From Dudresnaya verticillata (taxonomy: Eukaryota), in the NCBI GenBank assembly GCA_977862235.1, contig OZ374560.1, forward strand, positions 248,001 through 312,000: a DNA stretch of 64,000 nt, given 5' to 3'. Below the pieces are notes generated by a model that did not search any database, was not told where the DNA came from, and worked only from the letters and a program-made list of their open reading frames with translations. How positions within the stretch are numbered: position 1 is the stretch's first letter; each line of letters opens with the position of its first letter. This document shows positions 14,101 through 26,034 of the stretch, one piece after another. The translations under genes were made by a program, and so were the position numbers.

Positions 14101-15987
14101 GGGGCAATTGCTTGTCTTAAGTCATTTGGCTACCTAGACCTTTCCACATAGCCTGCTTCAAGGCGAGGGAAAAGATTGCCCTTACTTTCATCGCCTTATC
14201 GTTAACAGTAGCAACAGCAGTGAATATAATATTTGCACAGTGAAGCTGCTTCCCATCTCTCCATGACCTCCTTGCTCTGTTCCAGTAACGGGAACCGCAC
14301 AGCTGTATGCTCGCCTCCACCTTAATATATCTTATTGACTTCACATCCAGGCTCTGTCGTTCTGGATACAGTATGCCCGATCAAAAGGTCCATACCTTCA
14401 GAACCCCTACTGAAAGGCATACAAACTAGTTATCGATCTTGTTACATATGGAACTCCAAACTCGTATTCCGAGGATTCCAGCAATCCCAGAGGAGCCTTG
14501 GATGCAGATCGGAGCAGAGTCATGCTCCTAAGCACAGGTATTTTCGCTTGAGCGGTCCTCATACTTCCAGAATCTGGCACTAGCCTGCAACGCTTCGACA
14601 ATATTCTGCAGTCTGAAGAGGTGTTTTGGGACGAAGCTTTCTATATTTCCACTAGAACAACCTATGGCTTCCTTCGTTCTTGGCCTGACCTCTCGGTATT
14701 GGGCCCTCTCATCATCCATAAAGTTCTGAAGATTATGCTACTTGAACAGAGAGGAACCCTGGATGTAAGCGACCCAGCTGCAGTGGAATGACAGGAGTTA
14801 TTCACAGACTGTCTCAGATTTCCTGCAGATTGTCGCTTGGTTACTTCTTAGAATAAGCCCTTGTGTGTGAAGACGTATATTCTCCAAACTGACCCAAATG
14901 GCAGGCCTTTCATCAGGATGCTTGACGCTGTATCCAAGGCCTTGGGTGTGGAGATCACGTGATATTAAACTTTAAAGGACAGTTTTGAGTGCACCGGCAT
15001 CGGCAACAAAGGCCTAGGCAGATCATATGCAACGGAGCCTACCAAAGATGCTTACTCAAAGGTAATTCAAGGGTGTGAAACGTGGGACGTGCAATGAGCC
15101 ATTTGCCAAGCAATTTGTGAGTCCTGAAATACGCGTCGAATCAGCAGTGTATGAGAAGTTCGCGCTCCGAATGCGTCAGCAGGGGAGAGTCTTTGCCAAT
15201 CATCAACCTGAAGTTCAGCCTGCACAATGCTTCGACGACTGCAGGGCGAGATGCCATTCGTCGCCAGTTCGATGGAGATCGTGCACACAATTGAGCAGCC
15301 AATAGGGCGACGTACGGCAAACAACCCATAAAGGAGGAGTCGGGGAAATGCCGAATCAGGGCTTTCAGGAAGCTCAATGGAGGGAACCCGGAGGGCTGCC
15401 AGACAAGCCCCGACAAGCTCGAACCGCGTCGCTGTAGCTGTTCCGATGTACTTGCAGATTAACCATCGCCAGAGTTTCCTTGCCGACTGGTGCAGTCTAT
15501 TCTTCGGCAAAGGACGGAGGGTCAGAGTGGTGGACGACAACAGTCTCTTCTTCGGCATGGAGGAGGGTTGGAAGGGCGAACGATAGCTTGCCTGGGTTTC
15601 CAACAACAGGGTGAACAGAGATAGAGCGATACTTGCAGCAAGAAAGCAGCACATGTCCAACTAGGTTGTCACCGAAGCTTCTCACTTCCATGCCTTTTGT
15701 CATTGTCGTAAGGGATACTTGCTGTTATTGTCGCCAGGGCGCCCCGGGCTGTTACAGTACGACGTGCTGAAACGAATGAATCTCTTCTGTCGAGACCGTT
15801 TCCAAATATCACTGCAAGCATGGGTCCCTGTACACCTTGCACATCGTCGAGAAGAGCTTGGCGGCATCACGTGTAGTCTCATCGTCATTCCACAGTGTCC
15901 AAGAGCCGCAGCTCTCCACGAGCCTGGAGTCGAACGAGCTGGCGCGTCAATCCTCTAGCAGTACCTCAGCCTCCCACACCTTGCAGT

Positions 15988-16308
15988 TTACCTTGCAACG
16001 CGCGGTGGCTTCCTCACCTTCGGAATGCTGCCCCTCTGGTGACTTCGGTGGTGTCCGAAAGATCTCGCCTTATCGCGGAGCTCGAGCCCCCACAGTAGCG
16101 CCCAGATCCACCCGATGAGGAAAACCGGCGCCGTAAGCGCCTGCAGCAGGCCGACAAGAACGGTCTCGGCCTTACATGAGGAGGCTAACACTGCGGAGAT
16201 GAGGGTACCCAGCCCTGGTAGGAAGAGGTTTACCACGATTACCACTGTTGCTGTGTTCGAGGAGATGCCGGGCGGGAGCCCGTATTGTAGGAAAGCGCGT
16301 CCAGACAT
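15988..16308 (-). CDS. SPEC3/Stum-family small membrane protein (106 aa from MSGRAF)
   Basis: VVIVVNLFLPGLGTLISAV...VGLLQALTAPVFLIGWIWALLWG matches the Spec3/Stum signature N..(I/L)PG.GT...G.LQ......GW.W...WG. The start was placed at the ATG at 16308; the ORF is open to 16494. Confidence 0.75.
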   Translation of the reverse strand: MSGRAFLQYGLPPGISSNTATVVIVVNLFLPGLGTLISAVLASSCKAETVLVGLLQALTAPVFLIGWIWALLWGLELRDKARSFGHHRSHQRGSIPKVRKPPRVAR

Positions 16309-16857
16309 AATGTCGTAGGTGAATGGCGATGTTGTGGAGACGATGGGGGTAGGGTTTGCGCAGGAGCGCCACCGGGACCGAGTTGTGTTTGTAGTGAAGC
16401 TCTTATCACGTGAGGTCCACCAAGCTTGCAGAAGACATGTTTGGCAAGGGAGCCGCGGGACAATGTTCGTCTGGATGGCTATAATGCCATCCAAAATGAC
16501 GAGGCTTCCTATCTAATTGTATCGATTTTTTTCTTGCGTTATTCTGATTTCGCCATGCATAGTGATCCGATTGGATCACGGTCATTGATAGCTAGGCGAG
16601 CCATTTGTCAGTGGCCACATGTAACACTCTGTTGCCCGCTGAGGGGCACGTTCGGTCCTGCCGCGTTAGCCCTGTGTCCCAAAAGGGCCCTCTTTGCTAG
16701 AGTCCTCCTGGCGTGCGGCAGAACCTATCTCTCAACTGCCCGCAACGGCAATGCCCGGTCCGGCCCGAAGGGACCGAAGGGACCCAATAGCTAACACTTC
16801 CCTGGCATGCGGAGGAGTGGGAGGTTACCGACATTTAAATTATTACTGGCAAGAAGT

Positions 16858-16970
16858 TGAAATCTAGTGAGATCCACAAACTTCCGTAACGGGCAGCTGG
16901 CCTGCACGGAGTGAGTGCGCCACTAACTCCACGGGGTGGTACAGTAGTTCGCATTGAGATGTGAGAACGG
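16858..16970 (-). mobile_element. Old LTR F (related to family A LTR), left fragment; host of element C
   Basis: tgaaatctagtgagatccacaaacttccgtaacgggcagctggcctg...ctccacggggtggtacagtagttcgca aligns to the LTR A start; the sequence resumes at 52523. Confidence 0.7.
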
Positions 16971-17134
16971 TGCAGTGTAAATCTCCGAATGAGGCTCGCA
17001 ACCAACACAACCCACGAGTCCGACATGAAAAGGAATCCGCGGTGACGCGTATGAGCGCGTCGGCGCGTGGTAGGGTAGAGCAAGGGGAAGGCCCCAGTGT
17101 GCGGACTGTAAACACACACCAAAGCCCGTGTGAG
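16971..17134 (-). repeat. Element C 3' LTR, piece 1
   Basis: Homologous to 51741-51904; interrupted by element B at GTGAG. Confidence 0.85.
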
Positions 17135-17866
17135 ATTAGTAGAATGACTTCTAAGTCAACGAGGACAACAACACAACAAGACAGCTGTCTTAGAAGATAC
17201 TCCACTGCGTAGATGGTCACTCGGTAAAGGGGTTTGGTAGAGACTTGATAGGGCTTAAAGCCCTAAGAAAACGGGGAAAGGGAAGGCGAATCCAGCCGTG
17301 TAGAGCAGTTCGTCGTATACGACGGGGCTTGTAGACGCCCAAGAGGGATTGTAGCAGTAGCACCGTAAGTATAACAAAGCAAAATGGGGAAAACCCAAGG
17401 CACAGACCGCTGCCGGTTTAGTGCCGGGCCCCTGCTACTCAGGGGCCCCATAAATACGGCGAGAGCCGAAAAGGTGCTACTCGCTCAGTTAGAGTTCTAA
17501 TGCTAATAATTCGCTACTACTTTACAATACATTCATGATACGTCCTTAGATAGGAATGAGTGGTCAGGCCACGAGGCGAACGTGGCGTCACTGTCAGGGG
17601 CCGCGGGGCAAAACTCCGCCAGCAATTCATAGCGCACTGATGCGGTCATAGTTAATCCCGAAATGGCATAGTGCCATATCACCTGGAGCAGTGCGCCTTA
17701 CAGATTAAAGCTGTACACGTGTTCCCTTACAGCGCAGGAGCGCTTCAGCAATTAAATCAATCTGTAAGCGAGCGATATCACCCGGGCGGTTGTGCGCCTG
17801 AACGTTCTTACAGAGGACTCGTGTCCACGTGGCTCCTTACAAGAAGTCAACGCCCGTTGTACCACA
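17135..17866 (-). repeat. Element B 3' LTR (~730 bp)
   Basis: Direct repeat of 35518-36247; left TG mutated to AT; ends ttgtaccaca; next to the PPT. Confidence 0.9.
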
Positions 17867-17879
17867 CGGCCCCCTTCTT
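17867..17879 (-). other. Polypurine tract of element B
   Basis: Minus strand AAGAAGGGGGCCG abuts the 3' LTR. Confidence 0.75.
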
Positions 17880-17937
17880 AAAACTAAGCGACCACGCTCA
17901 GTCCACAGTTGACAGCAACGCCGTTTCCAATTACATT

Positions 17938-18612
17938 TGTGGTGTAGTGAAAACGCACGAACTCCGAGACGGAGATCTGGCCTGACTTTCCTTAACGGAC
18001 GAGAGCAACACTACCTCCACGGGGTGGAAGAGCAGTTCGCACCGAGACAGGAGAACAGCGAGCGGCTAACCGAGACGGATATTGGGAAGCAACAGACAAG
18101 GGGGTGGTACAAGTGCCGGGACGGACTCCGTAACGGTGGTGGTGGTAGACCGCAACGGGCTCGGCGCGGGGAAAACCGTAAAGGATTGGGCTAAGGTTGC
18201 TTACCCGTTTACCTTAGGAGCCGCTGCGGTGCCGCCCTGATATACAAGTCAGGGTGGCACCGAGCGGTCCGGTCCGTGGGGGCCAGACCCTAGTGGTATG
18301 GACCCATGGTGGAATCGGCCCTGCTGGTCCCAATCTCCGACACGGACATGCGCAGCATTCTCATTGGCTGGCGCACTACTCTACATACTGTACAGATACT
18401 CACTAAAAATAAAGAATAAACACTACAAATACTCCGGTATGGTTGTTGCGCTTCACTGCTGTACAGCAATGCGTACCGGCGTACAGCAATGCGCACAACA
18501 TCCGACACGGTTACACGTTGCCAGATCATCAGCGTGGCGTATTGCCACATCACCCGTTACGGTTGGCTCGCCGTCGGTGGGCCGCATGCGCGCCACGGCT
18601 CACTTCACCACA
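17938..18612 (-). repeat. Element A 3' LTR
   Basis: Direct repeat of 28647-29321; 14 differences counted by eye. Confidence 0.95.
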
Positions 18613-18627
18613 GACTCCCCTCCTTAA
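18613..18627 (-). other. Polypurine tract of element A
   Basis: Minus strand TTTAAGGAGGGGAGTC abuts the 3' LTR. Confidence 0.8.
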
Positions 18628-21600
18628 ATGGCGCCACGTCCTCGGGCGCCCACCGTAGCGGATCACTATCGCTTCTCCACCCACGAACACACACACACCC
18701 GATACGGAAGTGTTCTCATCAACCCCTTCCCCTTTGTGCGCGCTTCTCCCACCATGTCAGGGGAGAAGACCAAGCGCTCACCGTCGCCCTTTCAACCGAC
18801 ACGGCGTTCCCGCGCTGCTTCCACTACTCGGGCGCAGGGCGCGCGAACCGTTACCGATGCTTCGACGCTAGCGCCTGCTTCTTCCTCGGCGGCAGCGACG
18901 CGACCCGCGACGGGCGGTCGTACGAGTATTTCCGTGACGGAACCTTCACCGGCTCCGTCAGCGAGCCGAGGGTGGTCGGTCTATGATCCGAATCGGTTTG
19001 CTGCAAGCGCAGCCACAAGGACCGTGCTACCAGGGAGTGCAGCGACCCACCGTGACGGAGAGGCGCCAACCAAGGAGCGCGATGATGCGTTCCGTCCTGG
19101 TGGCGAGGAGCTCAGCTTGGCAGACCTACCGGCCATTCCGTTACGGAAACCATCGACACCGGTATCGACGCCGAGTCGTAGGATGGTTTCCAGTCCACAT
19201 CCTTCCTCAAGTACACCGAGACGGATGCGTGGGCCCCCGCAAATCAACCCACCTGCACCGGGGCCTTGGTGGCCGGTGGTGCATACCCGTGACGGAGAGG
19301 GCCCTGCCCCGAGTGGTTATTGGCCGGAGCACCACTTTGATCATCGCGCGGGGCGACCGGCTAGAACCGATGCGGAACGGGCAAATATTAAGCCCCCGAT
19401 GACGGTGGACCTCTTCATTGAGAAATATCCAACCGTCTTGGAAGCAAGAAGGTACAAGGCCGTCATGGCGCAACCCTTCAAGGCGAATCAACGCATTGGC
19501 GTTGTTCCGAATCGGAGAGAATTTGTGTGGCAAAGCCGATGGGTGCATGGCTATTGTCAATCAAGGACCTCTATCGTTTCGGATTTGTTGTGGTATCGCT
19601 GCCATGGGGAGGTAGGATATACCGCAAAGGTGAGTCACCTGTTGGCCACAGGTTTCCGTCTCCGGGGTGCGCCGGTCGGAGTGCAATTCAATTGCTTCGA
19701 CCGCCCCTATGACCAATCGGTATATTGGTTCCGCTATGCCGATGGGTGGAAGGACGATGCCGCGACGGAACACCGTTTGCGAACTCGTTCCCGTGACGGA
19801 ATACAAGTTGGTTCGCCAATCCTGCATACGTGGAACACTAAGGAGTTCTTCCATCTTCCGTATCGGGTGCGTCGTGAATTGTACCTTACGGCTCCGTCAT
19901 GGTGGGCGCGTTATGAGGTGACCCGTTGGTTGTCTGTCCCCACGCCGTCCGTCGTAGCGTACTTCTCGGCGGACTTACTCACCGAACGGGAGTGGAATCA
20001 CAAGCATCCGAACGGAGAACGTCCCCCGAATTAAGATCAGCTCGATGTACTGTGGCGCATCTTCCGATCGGAATGGGCCATGCTGGTGCTCTTCTCGTGG
20101 CTCCAGGTGGCCTATTACGGAGTACAGTATAACACCAAGTTAGCTGACTGGCGAGGCTTCCCACGGGATGAGGATGACCTGCCCGGGGGAGATTGTGGCC
20201 GTATTCTTCAACTTCCCGTAACGGTGATCGCCCTAATTCGCCAAGTCGGCGTAGCCGATTTGGTGACGGGGTCGGCGTACCCTCTCCATCGGGTTGAGCG
20301 TCTTTTATCCGTACACGGATAGCAGGATTGGGCACGCACTCCGGGCTTCTTGGGGTATAATTGGGACGACGACCGTGTCCTATCGGTGCCCCCGCTTAGG
20401 CCCGGAGTGCGTGAGCCATATTTCCTTCATCGAGAAGATCCGCGTCCGGAATGGTCGGCCTTAGAGGTGCAGGCCCATCGGGACTATGCCCCTCGCCAAG
20501 CACCAAGGGATGCGTACCGTGACAGTTTGGATGCGGCTGAAGATTGGGGGAGCTGTCAGGAGGCAGCGTGGTGTCCGCGTACAATCGACCCACGCGATTC
20601 CGTTACGGTGAGGCAGCAAGAAGCTGACCCCTTCTTGGAAGAACAGGAGGAGGTCACGCCCGTCGCCTCAATGGCAGCGGGTAGCGAGAAGACACCCGCT
20701 CCAATCCTTCCGGTGGTCGCGACACCCACGTCGCGCGATGTGGATCGTGAGACTACTACTCCCGTATCGGATAAGGCCCCAACGCCCATAGGCGTGGTTG
20801 CGCCGATTATGGCGGTACCCAAGCCTGTGCCACCATCCGAGAAGGGGAGCTCAAAGGAGCAGACCGTTGCGGAAGTGGCGCCGGATACTGTGCCGGCGGC
20901 ACTGTCTCCTGCGACGCAAATGCCTGCTGCCGCTGAACCGCTCCCGCCAAGTGCTCCGCTGTTAGCGCCCACTCCCACACCAGCTGGGAATGCGGCGTCG
21001 ATCACCGTATCGGAAGTGGCTGCAACGCGCCCAAGTGTTGGGGCAACTGGAGAGAAGCCCTCGGTTCTCGCGCCAAGTCCTGAACCGTTACGGAAAAGCG
21101 ATATCGCCTCGCCAGAAGAGGACACGGGTCCACCGCTGCGGAAGGACGTACCTTCACCCGAGTCGGGACCATCCGTATTGGTGGTTTCCTCAACGGAACA
21201 TTCACTCGAAGCCGGGGTTAGGGATAAGCCGTCGATCTCCCCTAAGGTAGAATTTCAAGAAGATGAGGATCCCCCCGTTACGGTTCCGGCTCATTTAGCC
21301 GCTACGGAAAGTGGGTTACAGGTGCTACCGGGCATTTGCCGTACGCAGCGCTTCCGATTGCCAGGATCCGTTCAGGAAGTGTTACCCTTAACGGAGGGGC
21401 TGATGGAACAGGTAATTCATCTCCGCGCGGTGGTCCGTCGTCAGCATCGGCGCATGGACAGTGCGGTTCGCGTCTTGGGAGACACTACGCAGCGCGTATT
21501 CCAATCGGATCCGAGTGGGGAACCCGGCTTACGAACGGGTCAGGGGAGCAACGAGGAAGATACAGTTTCCCCTGCTCCCAAACGGCGTCGACGTAACTCT

Positions 21601-21654
21601 TGGAGTTACAGTTCGACGATCTCCTTAACGGTTTCCATTATGCCTCGATCTTAG
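18628..21654 (+). pseudogene. Antisense ORF of element A (~1000 codons, unknown protein, two in-frame stops)
   Basis: ORFs 18628-20034, 20080-20322 and 20350-21654 are all in one frame, broken only by TAA 20032-20034 and TAG 20320-20322. The termini are S/T/A/P-rich and flank an aromatic-rich core. Confidence 0.8.
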
Positions 21655-21703
21655 CTTGCGATAAACGTTGTATGTTCTCACACCCCAGCACTCCAACTGT
21701 CCG

Positions 21704-24700
21704 TTACGGTGAGTGACGTGTTGGATTAGCACGTCGCCGTGGCTTACCCTTAGCGGATGTCTTTTTCCTTTGCTTCCAATATCGGTAGATGAAATTCTGC
21801 GGTAACTCCTCCGCGGGCTCAAAAGTGTCCTGATCCGGAGGGTAACCATACCAGCGGGCTTTGTATGTCATCCCAGTAGGTTCGTCGCGGTGACCGAAAA
21901 TCTTGTCAATCACATATTCCGTATCGGCTTGCAGTGGTTCCATCGCGGAGGGAGTAGTACCTTCAGAAGGAGGTACTACTGTAGTACCTTCTGGATGTGG
22001 CACTACTTCCCCGTAGACGGTTGATGGCGTGACAGGCGGCACTGTTAAGGGTGCCGGCTGAACCGCAACTCCGATCGGAACCTTCGTGATGCGATCGATA
22101 CTTACGGGGATCAATACCCCTTCCTTGCGGATTGTAACGACATGTTCCGTTGCCGATTCCACTTCATAATGCCCCGTGGCTTTCGGAAGGAGTTTCTTCA
22201 TTTCCTGAGCCACCTCGCCCACATCGTCCGGTTTGCCTTCCAATCGGTCCCGCTCACGGCGTTCGGCCGGCCGCAAGTTATGGGGCGGCCGGTCGACATA
22301 GACTTGATCTCCACTACGGATTATGGGCCTAAAGCGCACCTTACGGTCAAACAGTGCCTTGGCTTTTTGCTGAGCCACTGTCTGCTTCGTGCGCGCTGTC
22401 TGGAGCGCGTACCGTAAACGGCGCATGGTGCTCCGCTTCTGTAGCACCGGGGTCATACGTCCTTCCGTAATGGTTTCTTGATGCTCGACAGGAGCCCCTC
22501 GTACAACAATGTCCGATGGGTGGCGTGTCAGCACCAAATCAAATGACGTTGTTTCCGTAATACGGTGTACCTGCATGTTGTACGCCTATGTCAACGGTTG
22601 CAGGTACAAATCCCAATCGGAGTGATGATCCTCATTGTAATGGCGCAATCGTTGGGCGATTGTCTTATTAAATCGCTCAGCTTGCCCATTTGTCTGCGGA
22701 TGGTAGGCAGCGGTAAGTAGATGCCTGACTCCGAGTAAGGAACACACTGCGTCAAAGAACTTAGCAGTAATCTGCGGTCCGTTATCGGTTAGGACAAATT
22801 GGGGTGCGCCATACGCATACACCCAAAAGTCCAGAAAGGCGTTAGCCACAACAACGGCTGTTGTTGTCCGTAACGGAATACAGCGCGTCTGCTTAGAGAA
22901 CCGATCGGTTATTACCAGAACGTATACATAACCCCGTTTTGTCTTCGGAAGTGGCCTGAGAATGTCGATAGCGACAAACTCCAAGGTCCACTAGCGGGGA
23001 AAAGTTTCATAAACCTTTGATTCCGAAAGCGGGTTCCCTTCGTCTTCACGCAGGAGCGACATGTCCGAACGGATTCAAATACATCGTTGGCCATATGAGG
23101 CCAATAATAATCCTGTCGGAGTGTATAATACATCTTAATTCCGCCTGGGTGACCCGACATCAGGGTGTAGTGGGATAAATACAACACCCGTCCACGGAGT
23201 TCGCTTGGCACCACCTTCTGCAGAGCACCATCCAATTGGGACTTGCGTACCAAGAATCCGTTACGGTCATGGTCAAACTGTGATCCAGGGGAGCCTACCG
23301 TATCGGCTTTGAGACGACAGAAAGGGTCTCTGGCTTGCGCTTCGAGGAACTCCTCCCTGGTAATTGTCTCATCCTTAACGTCGGATTCTTGGATTACAGT
23401 AAACCGTGACGGTATTGCGTCGGGCTTGTCGGGGGAGGCGGATGAACTCCCACTGGCGGGCTCCACGGCGCATATTACGTTATTTTCCGTAGCGGTTTCT
23501 CGTGATGTGGCCCAATCGGTTAAATAGACTCCATGCTCATATAATCCGTCGACGGTATTTTCGGCGATAAAGCAGGGTATCTCTTCATCCAAAGGTCTAT
23601 CGTCACCGCCATCCGTTCGGAGCCGCGACATCCCATCGGCGAGTTGATGCTTAATTCCAGGACGGTATTGCACCTCAAATTCAAATTCCGATAGGCGGAG
23701 CCTCCACCTGGCAAGGCGGCCAGATGAGTCTGCGAGGTTCAGGATCCACCGCAGGGCATCGTGATCCGTTCGGAGAATAAACTTGTCACCGTAAAGGTAG
23801 GGTCGGAGTGTTAACATGCTCCAGACCACGGCTAAGCATTCCTTTCCGGTTGTCGTATAATTTTTCTCCGCATCTGTGAGGCTTCGGCTCCAATATCCAA
23901 TAGGGAAGTGATCGCCATTCGGTTGTTCCTGCAGAAGGACACAGCCGACTTGGTGGTCACATGCGTCAGTGTCCAACGTATATTTATATCCGTGACGGGG
24001 TAGAGCCAATATAGGTGGAGAGATAAGGCGTCTCTTCAGTTCCTCGAAGGCTTTATATTCCGTATCGGATAATATTCCAAACTCAACGGGTGAGCCCTTG
24101 CCGGTTTTCTTATTTGGCGGTGCTGAAATCCGAGCGAAGTTGGGTACAAAGCGACGATACACGTTGCACATTCCCAAGAAGGATCGCAATTCCGTTTGGT
24201 TAGTCGGCGGCTTCGCGACCTTATCGGATTGGATATTCCGATTATCCACTTCTAATTTTCCGGGACGGATAACATGCCCCAGGTATTGTACAGACGCGTT
24301 GAAGAAGTCACACTTTGACAATTTCAACGTTACCCCAGCGGATCGTAAAAGCGTAAGGACTTCCTTCAAGTGGTGCAAATGTTCCGTAACGGTTTTTGAG
24401 TAGACAATTACATCGTCTAGGTAGACGAGGGCAAATTGCCATTTAACCGTAGAAAGGATTATATCCACTGCCCGTTGGAAGGTTGCCGGTGCATTTTTCA
24501 ATCCGAATGGCATTCTCCGAAAACGGTATAAGCTGAAATGGATAGTGAAGGTACTTTTGTCCCTTTCCTCTTCCGGAATCTCGACTTGCCAATATCCGCT
24601 ATTGAAATCCAGGGTGGTAAATACAGTAGCTTCCCCAAGGGAATCTATGCACTCATCCATCCTGGGTAACGGATATGAGTCCCTAACCGTTACGGAATTG

Positions 24701-25976
24701 AGCCTTCTATAGTCAACACAGAACCGCATGGTGCCGTCCTTTTTTGGAACGAAAACCACGGGGCTTGCCCACTCCGATGAGGCTGGTTCAATTACCTTAG
24801 CGGAAAGCATGCGATCGATCTTTGTCTTTTCGAGATCTCGCTGCTTATGTCCGGCACGGTATGGGGCTTGATATACTGGCTTCGCTCCGGGAGTTAACTC
24901 GATCCGGTGCTTGGCAGCTGTAATGTTGCCTAGATCGCCACTCCACATCGACTAATGTTCCTCGAGTAGGGTTAAAATCCGTTTGCGGAGCGATGCTTTT
25001 TCTGTTCCGATCTGGACTTGATCCTTCCAGTCGGTAGTATTTGTATTTTCCGTTACGGGTTTGCTTACTTCCTTATCGTGAGGGGAGATGCTGCTGGCCT
25101 TTTCGGAGGTAGGGTTAGAATTAAATGATTGAATAATTCCTCGCCCCTCCTTAAATGGAGGTATACCGTCAACGGTAAAAATAGCAGAAGGGGCAGCAGT
25201 AGCGAGGCCCACGACAGTATATTTGGGCAACCGTACCGGCTTGTTAGAAAAATTAGAGACCCAGATCCGAAACGGTTTGTTAGGTACAACATCCATAATA
25301 CCATTAGCCATCAACGTAAGGTGCTTAAAAGCCGGCTTAGGATGATTTTGTAGAAAGCATAACCCACCCGTGGGGTATTAACCGTTACGGTGGTTTGAGT
25401 CATAGGGGGAATAAGGGTAGATTTTGCGAAACGAATTTTCTGAGAAACCGTAGCGGTAGAAAGAGGTGAGGGCTGTAGGGTTGCAGTGGTTCCCGTCTTC
25501 GGAATTTTGGCTTGACCAACAAGGGATACCGGTGGGTAATGATGAAAAACAACTTTCCGTAACGGAGGGAGGATTGCCTTGACGTAGCGGTCGATGAAGG
25601 TAGTTCCCAAAATACAGGGAGCCGCCAAGTTCGCGACCACTAGAAAATGGACGCGAGCACGGAGCTCTCCGATACGGACGAAAAGTTGGATCTGACCAAG
25701 AGGGCGTATAGCGCGATTAGACGCATCCCGTAATATAGGACTGGCTGCTGGGTGTATGAGTGGGAGTCATTGGCGCGGAAGGCGCCTGGAACTAATGAGA
25801 TTGGGCCCAGCGCCAGAGTCTAAGACCGAGATTAAAGGAAGCATCACTCTATCTGTCCGTCCCACGGTAATTTGCATCTTGTAATTTTGATGTTGCATAA
25901 AGCAGATAGTATCATTGGTCTGATAAGCCAATGGGAGTTCCGTAACGGTATCTCGCCGATCCCCTGGCGGGTCCAC
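21704..25976 (-). pseudogene. pol: Element A pol: aspartic protease, RT, RNase H, integrase, chromodomain (disrupted)
   Basis: LDSGAG (protease); RFCVDYRRLN, MPFGLKNAPATFQ, YLDD (RT); TDACD...RTDH (RNase H); HPG...CRSC, AIDIL, TDNG, HPQTNGQAERFN (integrase); EYVIDKIFGHR...YKARWYGYPPDQDTFEP (chromodomain). Confidence 0.95.
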
Positions 25977-26034
25977 ACTCGCGAGAGGTGGAACGCCGTG
26001 AGGCGGGGATGGCGGCGCCCTTACGCATCCCCCC

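Noticed and set aside
5200..15900. Many short ORFs (60-217 aa)
   Set aside because: No recognisable motifs, frequent stops and overlaps on both strands. Probably old decayed TE or intergenic DNA; no call can be supported.
17937..18627. ORFs duplicated at 28646-29441 and 36495-37869
   Set aside because: They are reading frames within LTR copies; the identity reflects LTR duplication, not coding constraint.
18628..21654. env-like gene
   Set aside because: It is antisense to gag-pol, with no signal peptide or clear C-terminal transmembrane anchor.
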